Origin: Octopus vulgaris
Lineage: Eukaryota
Reading direction: 5' to 3'
Assembly: GCA_951406725.2 (NCBI GenBank)
Contig: OX597814.1
Location: 50,220,001-50,284,000 of the forward strand
DNA length: 64,000 bases
The translations under genes and the position numbers were made by a program. Below, in pieces: positions 1 to 13,028 of the stretch. How positions within the stretch are numbered: the stretch's first letter is position 1; every line of letters starts with the position of its first letter. The notes beneath the pieces were generated by a model that did no database searches, had not been told where the DNA came from, and saw only the letters and a program-made list of their open reading frames with translations.

Positions 1-9
1 TGGGATGTG

Positions 10-60
10 ATGTGTTATTGAATGTCATCTGCGTAGAATGTATCTCTGTGTAGTTCGCTT
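10..60 (-). pseudogene. Possible non-LTR retrotransposon RT relic (YADD motif) at window edge
   Basis: Minus strand reads SELHRDTFYADDIQ*; flanking frame has stops and no other RT motif is clear. Confidence 0.3.
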
Positions 61-473
61 TATAGTATGGGATTTAAGAATATGCTGTGTGGTAATATAG
101 GTTGGTTACTGTTTTGAGTATTTGCAGTGTGAGTTGTTTTATACTGTTTGGTGTCGATTTTCTGGAGTATATTATGGAATGGGTGATAATTGTATAAGGT
201 ATGTGTTCTGTGTAGGATACTGCGAGTATAATATGTGTTGTGCTATCGAATATAAGGAGCCTTGAATGGCATGTGATCTGTACCAACAAGGGTATATTTC
301 TTTTAACTATATGGAAAGTTATGAACTCTGCTATGGTTTTCATTTCTCTCTTCATCTGAAAGGGCGAAAGCCAAAGACGATGTTGACGATATTTGAATAC
401 AGAACAAATGTAAATTGAGATTTTAGCCAACGTTCTAATGACCGTGCGTTTTGATGCCTCACTTAAAATCACA

Positions 474-476
<3 letters not shown>

Positions 477-522
<46 letters not shown>
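477..522. repeat. (GT)n microsatellite
   Basis: Direct reading. Confidence 0.95.
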
Positions 523-527
<5 letters not shown>

Positions 528-715
528 TTTTCTTACTTGTTACAGTCATTGAACTATGGTCAAGCTGGGACACTGTCTTCAAGTATTTTTGTCGAACAGT
601 TTAACCCCAGAATTTAATATTTTTAAAATTTGGTACTCATTTTATCGAACCACTGAGTTAGGGGTGTATGAACAAACCAACACCAGTTGTCAAGCGGACA
701 ACACAGACATAAAGG

Positions 716-720
<5 letters not shown>
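528..720 (-). mobile_element. 3' part of tRNA-derived SINE (same family as 26060-26468)
   Basis: Shares cttgtt.cagtcatt, gtcgaacag and accagttgtcaagc blocks with the copy at about 26075-26240. Confidence 0.65.
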
Positions 721-790
<70 letters not shown>

Positions 791-831
791 GCACACACAC
801 ACACACACACGCACACACACACACACACACA
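718..831. repeat. (CA)n microsatellite
   Basis: Direct reading. Confidence 0.95.
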
Positions 832-1759
832 CTCAGTCACATATTCATATAATCATTTTATGTAATTAAAAAAGATTAACATGTTTTAATATACTGCTTA
901 ACACCTCTGCTCTTACCTCGTTAAAACATTTTTATACGTATATCAACACATTTTGTAACAGCTCTGTATGCATTTTTTATTAACAAAATTGTATCTTGTA
1001 GCAGAAAAAATGAAAAAAATTGTAATTATTATTACTGATTATGTTGTTTTTGATGGTTTGGTTATTGTTATTGTTCGTGATGGTGATGATGATGATGATT
1101 ATGATGATATTATTGTTTGTATTCATAATTCTTCCCTGTTTTCGCGAACTCCGAAGACTTCGATTATTATCATAAAGTTATTGAATGAAATGTGTTACCT
1201 TTTCGGGTTATTTCACAATGGAAGCCTATTCAGAATGCCCACCGGACTCTCTAAATGGGCTTTAGCCGGCAAAAATAATTAGGTTGGTTTTCTTAAACAT
1301 AATAAATTTTTGCGAACCTTCTTGACGCAGCGTAGCAAAACAACGTCCACAGCAATAAATAAAGAACATTCAACAAATGAATAACAGGACACGACTTATA
1401 AAGAAACAACACGAAAATAAAGAAATTGAAGTAGCAGTTTTAAATGCATAGACGTGCATATCTCAAAAAAACCTAAAACCTTGATTACTATTCCATTGAT
1501 ATTATTAACGGAAAGACACAAAATGAGGACTGGGCGATATTGCAAGTAATAAATATTATGATTCTGGGTGCACACAGACTGAGCGAAAATAGAAACAGAA
1601 ATATTTCTGAAGGCGATTGTTCTGTTTGTATTGCTAGGCCAACTGAAAACTGGACATGACAAACTAACGCGTAAGCAAGTAGCATAAAAAGGATAAAGAT
1701 CCTTCCTGAGTGATGGAGACTCATAAAGCCGACTTCCCGTATTCTCTCGTGTATATATT

Positions 1760-2397
1760 ACGCACCCTGAACGGGACGCCGGTCCGTCGCAGTAATACTC
1801 ATTCTTGCCAACTGGAGTAACATGAAATGAAGTGTTGGATCTTTTCGGTTTGAACGGCAGTTTTTTCTAGCGGTGTCATATGAAATTGTCACCCATAATT
1901 ATGACCCTAGTATCGATCTGTTGCATTTCAATCTGTTTTAGGGTTAAGGTTAGTTAGGGTTAGGGGTGGGGGAAGAGTATCTTTTTTTTCTTCAGAAATG
2001 TAAATAAACCCAATCTGTTTCTTAAAGAGGGACATATTCATACGGCACAGAATGTTTTCACCTCAATAAACGTCATTGATTGGTTGAAATTGCAGAAATT
2101 GAAGAAAAAACAACAAATATCTTACAAACTATAGAATTTTCTCAATAAAGCCAAGAGAAAAATATGTTTTATAAACACATTCTACCAGTATACGAAGTTT
2201 AAAAGGGTTTAGTACGTGGAAATTATTTTAAAAAACTGCCGGTCAAACCGAAAAGATCCGAAGTGTTTTACTCAGGATCATGAAATGAAGTGTTTTACTC
2301 GAGATCAAGAACACAACGCAGAGTCCGGTCCAGAAATCGAAACCACAGTCTTACGACCATGAGTTCTACACTATTCTCACTAAGCCATGCGCCTCCA
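1760..2397 (-). mobile_element. tRNA-derived SINE interrupted by a MITE
   Basis: ccctgaacgggacgccggtccgtcgcag...gaaatgaagtgtt | MITE | caagaacacaacgca...gaaatcgaaacc...cactaagccatgcgcct; reverse-strand A/B-box-like head near 2335-2395. Confidence 0.65.
1837..2259. mobile_element. MITE with 30-bp TIRs and 8-bp TSD (Merlin-like)
   Basis: TIRs ggatcttttcggtttgaacggcagtttttt / aaaaaactgccggtcaaaccgaaaagatcc; TSD gaagtgtt at 1829-1836 and 2260-2267; internal gggttaaggttagttagggttaggg. GG-starting TIR plus 8-bp TSD fits Merlin, but the superfamily call is inference. Confidence 0.85.
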
Positions 2398-3994
2398 CCA
2401 TAAGCAAGTAGTATGACAGCGTTATTTGAAACTAGGCAGCCCCTCGTGATTTGAACAGTATACAAACGAATATCAGTTGCATTCACTATTCTATATTATG
2501 AAGAAGAATAATTTATAATTAATCAATCTGAATACTGAATATTTTGCTGATAAACTTCAGGTTTTTATTTTAGTTTTTGGTTTTTTTTATAATGTCTAAT
2601 TACAGGCTAGGTAAAAACCGAAGGAAATGTTGAAAACCTTACCTTAAAGGTGTTAGGAGTGATTCTTGTTTGAAGTAAAGGATAACTTTTTAACGCAAGC
2701 ATATTTGTAAAAGTAACTGTTGTTTTGAAAATTCCCATATAATATGTTTACTAACTTTTATATAAACAATTTATTTTATTATTTTATCTATATATTTTAT
2801 TGTATTTATTTATTTATTTGGATATTGCTTGTATACATTTGTCGAAATTTTCATTAATTTATATTTTCTAGGCTCATCAGCAAAGTTTTTACAAATAGGA
2901 ACAAACATGTAATCTATTCAATGCTGGAACTGTTTATATTTTCGATAAAATTCTTGTAAATGTTTTCTTTTAAATATTTTCACAATATTTCTGAGAATTC
3001 TCCTGAGGAATATAATGAGAAACGTATCTTCGTTACGAGAGAAAATCGGGAATTTAAAGATTAAACAAGAAGTGCAGTAGTTGAAGGAACAGCTTCTAAC
3101 CCTATCCTCACAAAAACAGTGGGAAGAACAAAGCGATATGTAGCACGAGCAGTAATTGACAATGCTGCTTGTCAAGCAGACCAGCAAAACGATCAGTGTC
3201 GGCACAACTGTGGAAGTAACTCAAGCAGCGGTACCACATGCAGCAACAACCACTTTGGTACTAAAAGATAAAGCAACACCGCAGATATCTCTGGAAAACA
3301 GGCGAGCTAACAAATTATCCTCTTGGCGTTTAATCGAACTTTCTAGGAATAACAGCCAAATTTCTCTCAAATCGCATTTCTCTCAAATAGTAAAATTAAC
3401 AAATACTTCATTTTTAATGGGCATTAAATGTATATTGGATGCTTAAATCTACAAAATATATGTTAGTTACTTGTTACTTTTTTTGTCATTTTTCGCTTAT
3501 TAAATACTTAAAACACATGACATATGAAGTGGCCGTAAAATCATAGCTATATAGGCCTTAAATCACCCACCAACATTATTTTGTTTAGTTTGTGCATAAT
3601 CGTTTGAATTCCTATGTGTAGAATACAAATTCGCAAAAATTTTCTGAAAATTCTTCAAAATAATTTATATGTCGTGCGTAAAGCAGAATTTCACCAATAT
3701 TTCATTTGTTTACAGTTTCATATTAAAACACGTGTTAATTTCGGAATATTGATAACACATGCTGTCACATACAAAATGATAGCTTTCAAATCCTGTTTTG
3801 TGGATGAGTAAAATGTACCTGTAACTATTTTAAAAAAATTTCAGAAAATATTGAGATTCAGCATGGAAAATTACATCAATACACAAAGTTTTAAAATTGT
3901 CACTATATTTTAAAATTTCCGCAGGTGCAGCCAACCAGAAAAGATTAAAAAATGAAAAAAGAATTTGACAGGGAATAATATACCATGTTAATGC

Positions 3995-4562
3995 AATCGT
4001 TGCTAAAAATAATTCTATTAATTTTATTAATTGAAATAATAACCTGTAGAATCTACACAATTTTGTAAACAAGAACCAAGGTTCATTATTCCGACAGTGT
4101 AGAATTCTGGAGTCCTAAAATCAACGAAATCTTCGAAAATATTTTGAGCTGCTACTTCGTTGTTGAAGACCTTTGTCATTATGACACTTGGGAAAGCGGT
4201 AGCTTCTTGGAGAAAGGTGTGAGACGTAAACCTGGTGAGGTAGATAGCGTGGTCCAGTTAGTTCAATTTCTGGACAGTCAATTGTAAAATGCATGGTCAG
4301 ATGTTGTCACAGAAAAGAACTAGTTGTCTTCAAATGACCATTGTTCGATGTAAATGTGGTTTTTGATGCATTTCCTCAAATTTCTGGCAATGCATCACTA
4401 TTGTGGTAGTTTTGTTAGGTTCTAACAAATAATAATAGACGTTTACACTTGCCAGCCCCCAAACAGTGGCCATCAGATTCTTTTGATGCAGCTTTGGTTT
4501 AGGAAAGTATTTCGGTGCTATAACTTTATCCCGTAACTGCGCAGTACATTGGATATTGTATG
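3995..4562 (-). pseudogene. Decayed mariner (cecropia/Hsmar1-like) transposase C-terminal half
   Basis: APKYFPKPKLHQKNLMATVW, LFCDNI*P (HDNARPH), LPHQVYVSHLSPRSY (HPPYSPDLSPTDY), FNNEVAAQNIFEDFV...LQNCVDSTGYYFN*; stops and frameshifts. Confidence 0.9.
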
Positions 4563-5824
4563 TGTAGAAAAGAAACAACAAACAAAACAAAGGACTGACC
4601 CCTGTATATCACTAAAGCTATGCTTACCGACTCCAAAAGAGTAAAATGTTAAACGTTGACTTCAGTACAATATGAACTGAAGCAAGGCAGAGCTGAAACG
4701 AATACTGCAAGGTATTATAAACGACACCTTATCGGACTCTTTAATTCGGTGAAAGACACGAAAAAGAACATAACGTATAACACTTGGTACAGAACCTGTC
4801 GTATTTATGTGTGTGTGTGTGCATATATGTGCACATTTACATACATACACACGCACTCACATACATGCATACGCACTTGTACATATGTACGTTTGCGTCT
4901 GTGTGCATGAGCGTATATGCATGTAAATACGTATATATACATGTGTACCTGCATGAGTCTGTGCGCGCGCTCGTTCATTTGTGCTTGCTTTTCACTTCTT
5001 GGCAACAGATGATGGTTTGTTACTTAGCTGTCCGGCAAAAAGATGGGATAAAATAAGTGCCCAACTTACAAACGGAAAGAAGAAAAAGTTAAAGAGTAAA
5101 AGAATAAGATTAAAACCAAGCGCTTTGTCCTTGAATGAGTTTGTGCTCTATTATATTTTCATTGTCGCTATTGCAGATGCAGTTTTCTACAAGTTTATAC
5201 AGTTGAACATGCTACGCATGCACCGAGAGTCCGTTCATTCCGCCAACATGTCGATATCTGGGAGTCATAAAAAAAGAGTAATTTTCCATGGCTGTCTTTT
5301 GACTTATGAGTGACTTGACACACAGGCATTAAGTATGCAAGCACCCTTGCCTTGTGTGTATATATGTGTGTGTGTGTCTGTGTTTTCTTGTCTTTCTTTT
5401 AAGTTATTTTATCTCATAGTGTCCGTTACTAAAACACTATAGATCCTTAATCATACTAAGCTCAATCAGTCACAGTTAAACTATGTCACACTGATGCAGT
5501 TAAATGAGACCGAATCAACACCGAAGTCATCACAGTTTCGATAAAGATCAGAATCATTCTCCAATGCTTTCTTAGTTCGTGTTTTTTTATCCTCATGCTG
5601 CTCTGTATTAGTTGCTTGCAAAATGTGAGTTCCGGCAAATAATTTCATAATTGTTATAAATTACTATTTCTTTAATAAATCAAATTTTATTTATAAATTA
5701 ATAAAAGAATACTTTGATAAATTAAACTTACACTACCAAATATACTAGTGCACATGTGATCTAATTAGAAAGAAGTTGCACAAAGGTTTCCGAGTAGCAT
5801 TTTGCAGTCATTACACACACATTG

Positions 5825-6218
5825 CTGCAGGCGTGGCTGTGTGGTTAAGAAGTTTGTTTCGCAACCAAATGTTTTCAAGTTCAGTCCTACAGCACGGTCC
5901 CTCAGGTCTTCTAGTCTCAGGCCGATCAGTGTCTTATGAATTAATTTGGTTGACGGAAACTGTATGCATGGACGCGAGTGTATGTGTGTGTGTGTGTGTG
6001 AGCGCGCATCTTTGTGTTTGTATTCTCACTGTTTAACCACCGGTGTTGGTTTGTTTAGATCCTTGTAAATTAGTAGTCTTGCCGAAAACGTAAATGGAAT
6101 GAGTACCAAACTTTTAAAAAAAGAAGTGCTGGGATCGATTTGCTCGGCACCCTTCAAGACGACGGTTCAGTATGAACGTAGTCTTCTGACAAGTGAAACA
6201 AGTAAAAAAATAAAAGAC
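5825..6218 (+). mobile_element. Diverged tRNA-derived SINE
   Basis: gcaggcgtggctgtgtggttaagaagtttg head, internal (TG)n, aaacaagtaaaa tail; parallels 26060-26468. Confidence 0.75.
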
Positions 6219-6354
6219 TATGTAGGTATATGCATAAATTACTAATTCACACTAAATAATAGATAAGTTAACAATTAAAATATGGTTTCAGTGGCTACTT
6301 GGCTATATAGACAATGTTTCTCATGCATTTGATTGACTATATATTTCGTTGATA

Positions 6355-6745
6355 AGGCGGCGAGCTGGCAGAAACGTTAGCACGCCGGGCGAAATGCTTA
6401 GCGGTATTTCGTCTGCCGTTACGTTCTAAGTTCAAATTCCGCTGAGTTCGACTTTGCCTTTCATCCTTTCGAGGTCGATTAAATTAGTACCAGTTACGCA
6501 CTGGGGTCGATATAATCAACTTAATCCGTTTGTCAGTCATTGTTTGTCCTCCCTGTGTTTAGCTCCTTGCGGGTAGTAAAGAAATAGGTATTTCTTTTGT
6601 CTTCATGTTCTGAATTAAAATTCCGCCGAAGTCGACTTTCATACTTTCGGTGTCGATAAATTAAGTACCAGTTGCGTACTAGGGTCAATCTGATCGACTG
6701 CCCTCCTCTCTCAAAATTTCCGGCCTTGTGCCTAGAGTAGAAAAG
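6355..6745 (+). mobile_element. Two tandem copies of a second tRNA-derived SINE family
   Basis: ggcggcgagctggcagaaacgttagc...gttcaaattcc (B box)...gtaccagttacgcactggggtcga; body repeated from about 6590. Confidence 0.85.
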
Positions 6746-6939
6746 GATATGTTTCATTGATACAAATACATTTGACCAAATCAGCAATTAAGAAATGTTC
6801 AAAAATATAACTGATATGACTGAATTAATGTTCCAAATAAAAGAAATATGTAAATGAAGCTAAAATGGTAAATAAAGCTGACAAAGTTAAGATGCCATGT
6901 TAGGTACGCACACATGTACAATACATACACGTATATATA

Positions 6940-6974
<35 letters not shown>

Positions 6975-8213
6975 CACACAACGTATGTATACATATATGT
7001 ATATACACATACAGCCATGTATGTATATCTGCGTGTTATGGGAGTCTTTGTGTATGTGACATATATATAACAGGCAAGTTTTTTTTTTCGTGAAATTTAC
7101 AATGTTGCTGCACCCCTACATGCTGCATAACCTTCGTAGTAAAACCTTCTCAGCCTTTGATTGAAGTCTATAACGTCTGCAATGACTCCGAAATGGGTTT
7201 GGTGATGGGAATGACAACAATAACAATTACATTCTTGTTGTGAAGGATTTTTAGCATTTTGTTCGACTGAGTAACACCAGTGTTTTTATCTAAGCCTATC
7301 TTTACCGCACCTCTAAAATAATTAAAAAATAATATATAAATAAAATAAATAGAAGAAAAAAGAATAGAAAGAGAACGTATATATATATAAACCGACGAAA
7401 CTGGCTAGTCGTCTAAAGCCCCCAAAAGCCAGCGTGTGACTGAAATGAAATGCCATGGAAGGCTTCTCTACTGCCAAAATGGCATCGTTATAAATATATA
7501 AAAGTATAAATGAATGAATGAATGAATATATGAATACATTAATATATAAGCGAGTAAATAAATAAATAAATCGATAAAGAAATCGAAAAATACATTCAAA
7601 AATTAAAGTAGACTAATGATACTATACACCCAGACGTACACAGATTTTTTTTTTAATTAGACTCATACGAGTATATATCTCTATATATGCACACACACAA
7701 CACAGATTACTCACCTAGACATTGAGAAACAGAAAAATCACATTTACTCACACACAGACAGACATAACATACATTCATATGCAAAAGAAAAAACAGAACA
7801 CATGATTCCTGGCACACGTTTGCATTGAACAATATAGATGCACACGTGTAAACATATTTTCCAATAGGCATGCACAAATGCAGGCAAAAATAACAATGGC
7901 AGGCATAAACACGTATCCACCTTATCATGTGGAGATGCATTCGTGCGTTGTCGCTGCAATCTACTGAACGAGTATCAGCCACTCATTGCGTCAAGTTTGT
8001 GTGAGCGTGTAGATGAGAATTGCCAAATCTTCTTAAAATCACTCTCTACCGTCTTATAAAAGGAAGAATATACATCACATAAGATGATCCTACATAAACG
8101 ATGTTTCAACAGAAATTGGAGGAGTGATCGTATGTGAAGGTCCTTTCATCAACGGTATGCTCCATCAGGTTTTACCAGATATCATAACGAAAACGATAGG
8201 ACTGATAAAAAGC

Positions 8214-8423
8214 AAGTTATCTCAAAGAACCCCAGATGATTTCAAAATTAATGTGTAACTTGATACTTTTACACTGTCAAGAAAACCAGGTATCTGAACC
8301 AGGTCAGCAATGGAAATGATCTCTACATTTTCAGCTATCATTTCAGATACCTGGTTTTCTTTAACTGTAAAAGTACAAACCATACATTACTTTTGAAATC
8401 ACTGGGGTTCATTGACAGAACTT
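8214..8423. repeat. Diverged foldback / MITE-like inverted repeat
   Basis: gaaccccagatgatttcaaaa...tacttttaca...aagaaaaccaggtatctgaa versus ttcagatacctggttttctt...tgtaaaagta...ttttgaaatcactggggttc. Confidence 0.75.
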
Positions 8424-8479
8424 ATTATTTAGTTCTATCGTTTTCGTTTTCTCTCTCTCTCCACATACATACGTGTATG

Positions 8480-8513
<34 letters not shown>

Positions 8514-8596
8514 TGTATGTATGTATGTATGTATGTATGTATGTATGTATGTATTATGTAGGTATGTATGTATGTATTATGTATGTATGTATATGC

Positions 8597-8762
8597 GATG
8601 GCGTGGCTGTGTGGTAAGGAGTTTGCTTCTCAATCACATGATTTCCGGTTCATTCTCACTGCGTAGCACATTGGGCAAGTGTTTTCTACTATTGCCCAAT
8701 GTGCCAAACAAAGCCTTGTGAATGGATCAAATAGGTGGGAACTGAAAGAAACCCATCGTATG
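8597..8762 (+). mobile_element. SINE 5' part
   Basis: ggcgtggctgtgtggtaag...ggttcattctcactgcgtagcacattgggcaagtgt...aaagccttgtg, matching the 26060-26468 family. Confidence 0.75.
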
Positions 8763-9840
8763 AAAGCCAGAGCGAATGGATGTTTAGGACACACAGTGAA
8801 TATTCGAGGAGATATCTATGTATCTGTCTGCCTGTCTGTCTTATAGAAGTGACGAACTGTAACAGAGAAGAGAGAAAGTTTCTCGAATAAAGCAAAAAAG
8901 GATGAAAAGTTATCAGCTCACGATTGTGGGTTTCTATGAAGTGAAGCCAGAGATAGCGGTGTACATGCTTGCGCCAGATTATGTTTTGCTTCATATTAGA
9001 CATGAGACGACGGACGTTGGTACATGCATTTGGTTGGGTGATCGGCGGAAGTTATCGGGAAAACACTGCAGTAAATCTGTACCCGCTTATGAATTTTCAT
9101 ATTTATGTACACACACACGCACACACCTACGCATGCACGCATACACACACACACACTCACACGTACACATACACGAACATGCACCCCCCCATCCACAGAC
9201 GCATAAATATGAATATATACATATCTTTTATCTTTTACTTGTTTCATGAATATATACATATCTTTTATTTGTTTCAGTTATTAGACTGCGGCCAGGCTGG
9301 AGCGCTGCTTCGAAGACTTTTCAGTCGAATGAATCGACCCCAGTATTTATATTTTATGTCTTGTACTTAGTTTATTGGAATCTTGTATTGAACTGCTAAG
9401 TTAAGGAGACATAAACACCCCAACACCGGTTATATATATATATAAAGCTTGCGTCAGTTTGAAACAGTTTAAATATATTTTTATTGAATTGATAAATGCA
9501 TTGTGTCAAAAACGTTTTTCTTCATTTTTCTATATTTTTTACATATGTATGCATGTGTGAAGGTGTGTAGAACGGTGCCTACAGTGTTGCACTCACAATT
9601 GCGAATTCGTGATTTCGAATGCCGGACCGTGAGCTGTGTTCTTCAGTAAAATAAAACTTCATTTCACGCTGCTCCAGTTCACTCAGTTGTAAATGAGTAA
9701 AATGAGTAACCCTGCGACGCCATGCTGTCTTGTCCAGTGCGAATAATTTGATTTCAGTTACTTATACATCACGGGAACCCGGGAACCGGCCCTAAGACAC
9801 GAGATTAGAATGGCTTATATATATATATATATATATATAT

Positions 9841-10102
9841 TGGTAAAAATGGTAAGACAACAAAAGAAAGAAAGAGACCTCGATATTATGTAAATAGAGG
9901 AATTTATCTGTAAATGTAATATGTGATAATTATTCGGTAGCCATGATAATACTCCGAGTTTCGGATGAAAAAAATGTTTTCATAGCATTTTTCCGATAGC
10001 CGGATAACTGAAAAGATGGCGGCGTGTATTTCCACTTCGGCATCGGAAACTCGGAGTTTTATCATGGCTACCGAATAATTGTCACATATTACATTTACAG
10101 AT
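9841..10102. mobile_element. (TA)n-flanked non-coding cassette with 62-bp inverted repeat and decayed hammerhead (PLE-derived, inferred)
   Basis: Arms 9906-9967 and 10041-10102 (3 mismatches); plus strand gataa-CTGAAAA-gatg...catc-g-GAAA-ctcggagtt-ttatc. Confidence 0.7.
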
Positions 10103-12426
10103 ATATATATGTATATATGTATATATAAACATAGGCTATGAGTCTCTGTGTGTATACTTTTTTGTCAGTAACATTTTAGCATTTCAAGCTGTTGAATTTG
10201 TTCCACTCCATAAGATTTACTTTCTTACTACAAGAGCTTCCTTATTTATATATTTCGTTTGTCTTTTGTAATTGAAAGTTCATTCTACTTTCTTAATACT
10301 TAACTAATATCTTAATAATCATAAATTTTGACGACTTGCCGTGCATCACAACATTTATAAGAGGTTTCGTGATCTTTATTTTAGCACGAGCAGGTAAGTT
10401 GCTTCCATACTATAGAACAATGACACTTAAGTTTGACTTGATTGTTTTTTCCACTAAGACCACTATCTCTCTAAATTTTCATACAAGGTCTCCACTTACT
10501 TGCTGGAGTTGTTCTATTTATCTTTTGTATTCAGAACTTCATTCCTCTACCTTCATTGTTTCATAATATTTTAATGTTCATAAATTCAGATGATTTGTCC
10601 GGCATCGCAACAGTCATAATTCTTATTTCTATGCTACTTTAGCGTGCGCTTTACCGCAGTATCTGTCGTCCGCGCTGTGAAATGACCTGATATGGGTTAG
10701 GATTAGGATGGGGAACATTTTGAATTTTCAGAATCAAAATTCAGAATGCTAAGGGTGTTAGTGCCTCCTCATCTTTACACAAGAAATGTAGTTCTTTATG
10801 AATTTCAGCAGTGAATCATATCCGTATAGTATTTTGGGAGTGATAAACATCATATTCTTATTTTCCTGTTATTTCGGCATTTTTGTTTTTTTCATCATCT
10901 ACTAATTATCAACTTTTATCGGGTTACTTTTACCTCCATCAAGTCCGTCATTATTGACGTCTCGAGTACTCTCACATATATATAAGAAATACATAGGTAT
11001 ATATATACATGACTTCAAAAATGTAACTGCCAGTGATTGTTGGCAATCTTTTTCTCCTTCGTCTTGGACCTTCCTGTTTCTTCCTGTTTCCGAAGAAGCG
11101 CTATGCTCGAAACGTAAAACTTCTACTATTTTCCTTCTATCGTCTTAGTAATACCTTGCTTGTGCCACGTCCAAACATTTGCTTGACTAAAGCCTTACAT
11201 AGAGCCTTTTTTGTATGTTAGAAGTAAGTAAAAATTCTTGTTGAATTGGCGGTGTTGGGAACACCAATAGACAACCAGCTTTCGTTCCAGTGGTTTATGG
11301 TCAATAGTTCAAACGAGAAATTTACTTTTTTAGAACCAAAGAAAAATAATTCAATCAATAACCTACCATAAATTATCTATGTACCTATATCGAATTTATC
11401 CTTCCTTTTTAATACTGTACAGTGTGATTTAATAGAAAATTTGGTTGCAGTTTCTAGCAGGTTAGCCAACTACATAGCATGCGTTATGTGATTTGGCCAT
11501 CTGGGGTAATTGATTACGAACTATCAATCTCTCGGTTAGACTATCATACTCTCTCTTAAGGATGCGGCTACTCATGTTTTCTAAGAAATTGCAGGACGAC
11601 GGAGAATTAAAACTGACATATAATTTAGTATATGAAATATCTGGGTTTGTATCGGCTGTAGTTTCATCCTTTCTGTATAGATTTTTCCATAATCTCCGTC
11701 TTCATAAAATATTCTTATTCAGGAACTTACGTGCAAGTTAGGTATTTCGAAAAAACATCATAAATATATGCCTGTTCTGTAATTATATTAAATGAATTTT
11801 CTTTATTTTTGCAGTTATTCAGTATTTTTTAATAATTTACAGAATTTAAAAAAAATAAAGTATGTACGTTACAGTGTTTAGTGTCTATCTAGTTAAAATT
11901 TCACTAATGACTACACTGATCTTTCATAAATTTGATAAAGTAACTAACGTTGCAATCGTTTGTCCATTTCCCTTTTCTATCTTTCTATTATATATCAGTA
12001 TGTTACTGCGGCTTTGTGCCTAAGAATGACATCAATATGCAAAAGAATGAATATCTGAATGTGATAGTCTGACAAAAGCAAATTTATTAAGAAAATTAAA
12101 GCATATTCTTATTATTTTAGTTACCCAAAAATCTAACTTTTTCTTTCAAATTCAAAACAAGAAGAAAAAAATCGTTTCCAATTTTCAAATTCAACAAAAC
12201 TGATATTAAATAAACATAGAAAACAGCAGTGACAAATAACGAAGTCTACATTTTGTTGTGCGTTTAAATTTCCTTGGAGATTTAATTGGCATTCTTTCAA
12301 GGCGGCGACCAACGATTTCAGGCTGTTTCTCTGCTGAATATATTAGGAAAATTCCTATTTTTAAAACAATACGTAAATTATAAACAAATAAACACTTCGT
12401 TTTCATATATATATATACACACATAC

Positions 12427-12475
<49 letters not shown>

Positions 12476-12494
12476 AGAGAGAGAGAGAGAGAGA

Positions 12495-12513
12495 GATAGA
12501 CAGATAGACAGAC

Positions 12514-12561
<48 letters not shown>

Positions 12562-12587
12562 TGATAGATAGATAGATTGATAGATAA

Positions 12588-12666
<79 letters not shown>

Positions 12667-12682
12667 CATACATACATACATA
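12495..12682. repeat. (GATA)n/(TACA)n compound microsatellite
   Basis: Direct reading. Confidence 0.95.
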
Positions 12683-12789
12683 CAAAAATATTTCAAAACT
12701 CTATGCACAAAAGCAGGAGAGCCTCAGTGCTGAACCGTAGAAAATCCACAGAGCATGTACACACAAACACACGCACAAACACAGACACA

Positions 12790-12876
<87 letters not shown>

Positions 12877-12993
12877 GTACATATATATATATTTTTTCTG
12901 TGTGTGCATGGTGTCTATATGTTTATGCATTATGTATGTGTGTGTATATATATATATAGATTTACATATATATAGATATATGAACGTATGTAT

Positions 12994-13028
<35 letters not shown>

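Noticed and set aside
352-385. ctgaaag-ggc gaaa gcc-aaagac, hammerhead-like
   Set aside because: Both core segments are mismatched; only a 3-bp GNRA hairpin remains.
2580-2900. Splice-acceptor-like sites (taattacag, ttttctag)
   Set aside because: No open frame between the first acceptor and the gtaaag donor-like site, and no recognisable peptide after either.
5160-5313. Acceptor-like ttgcag followed by a short open frame
   Set aside because: No recognisable domain or convincing donor; not supportable without RNA data.
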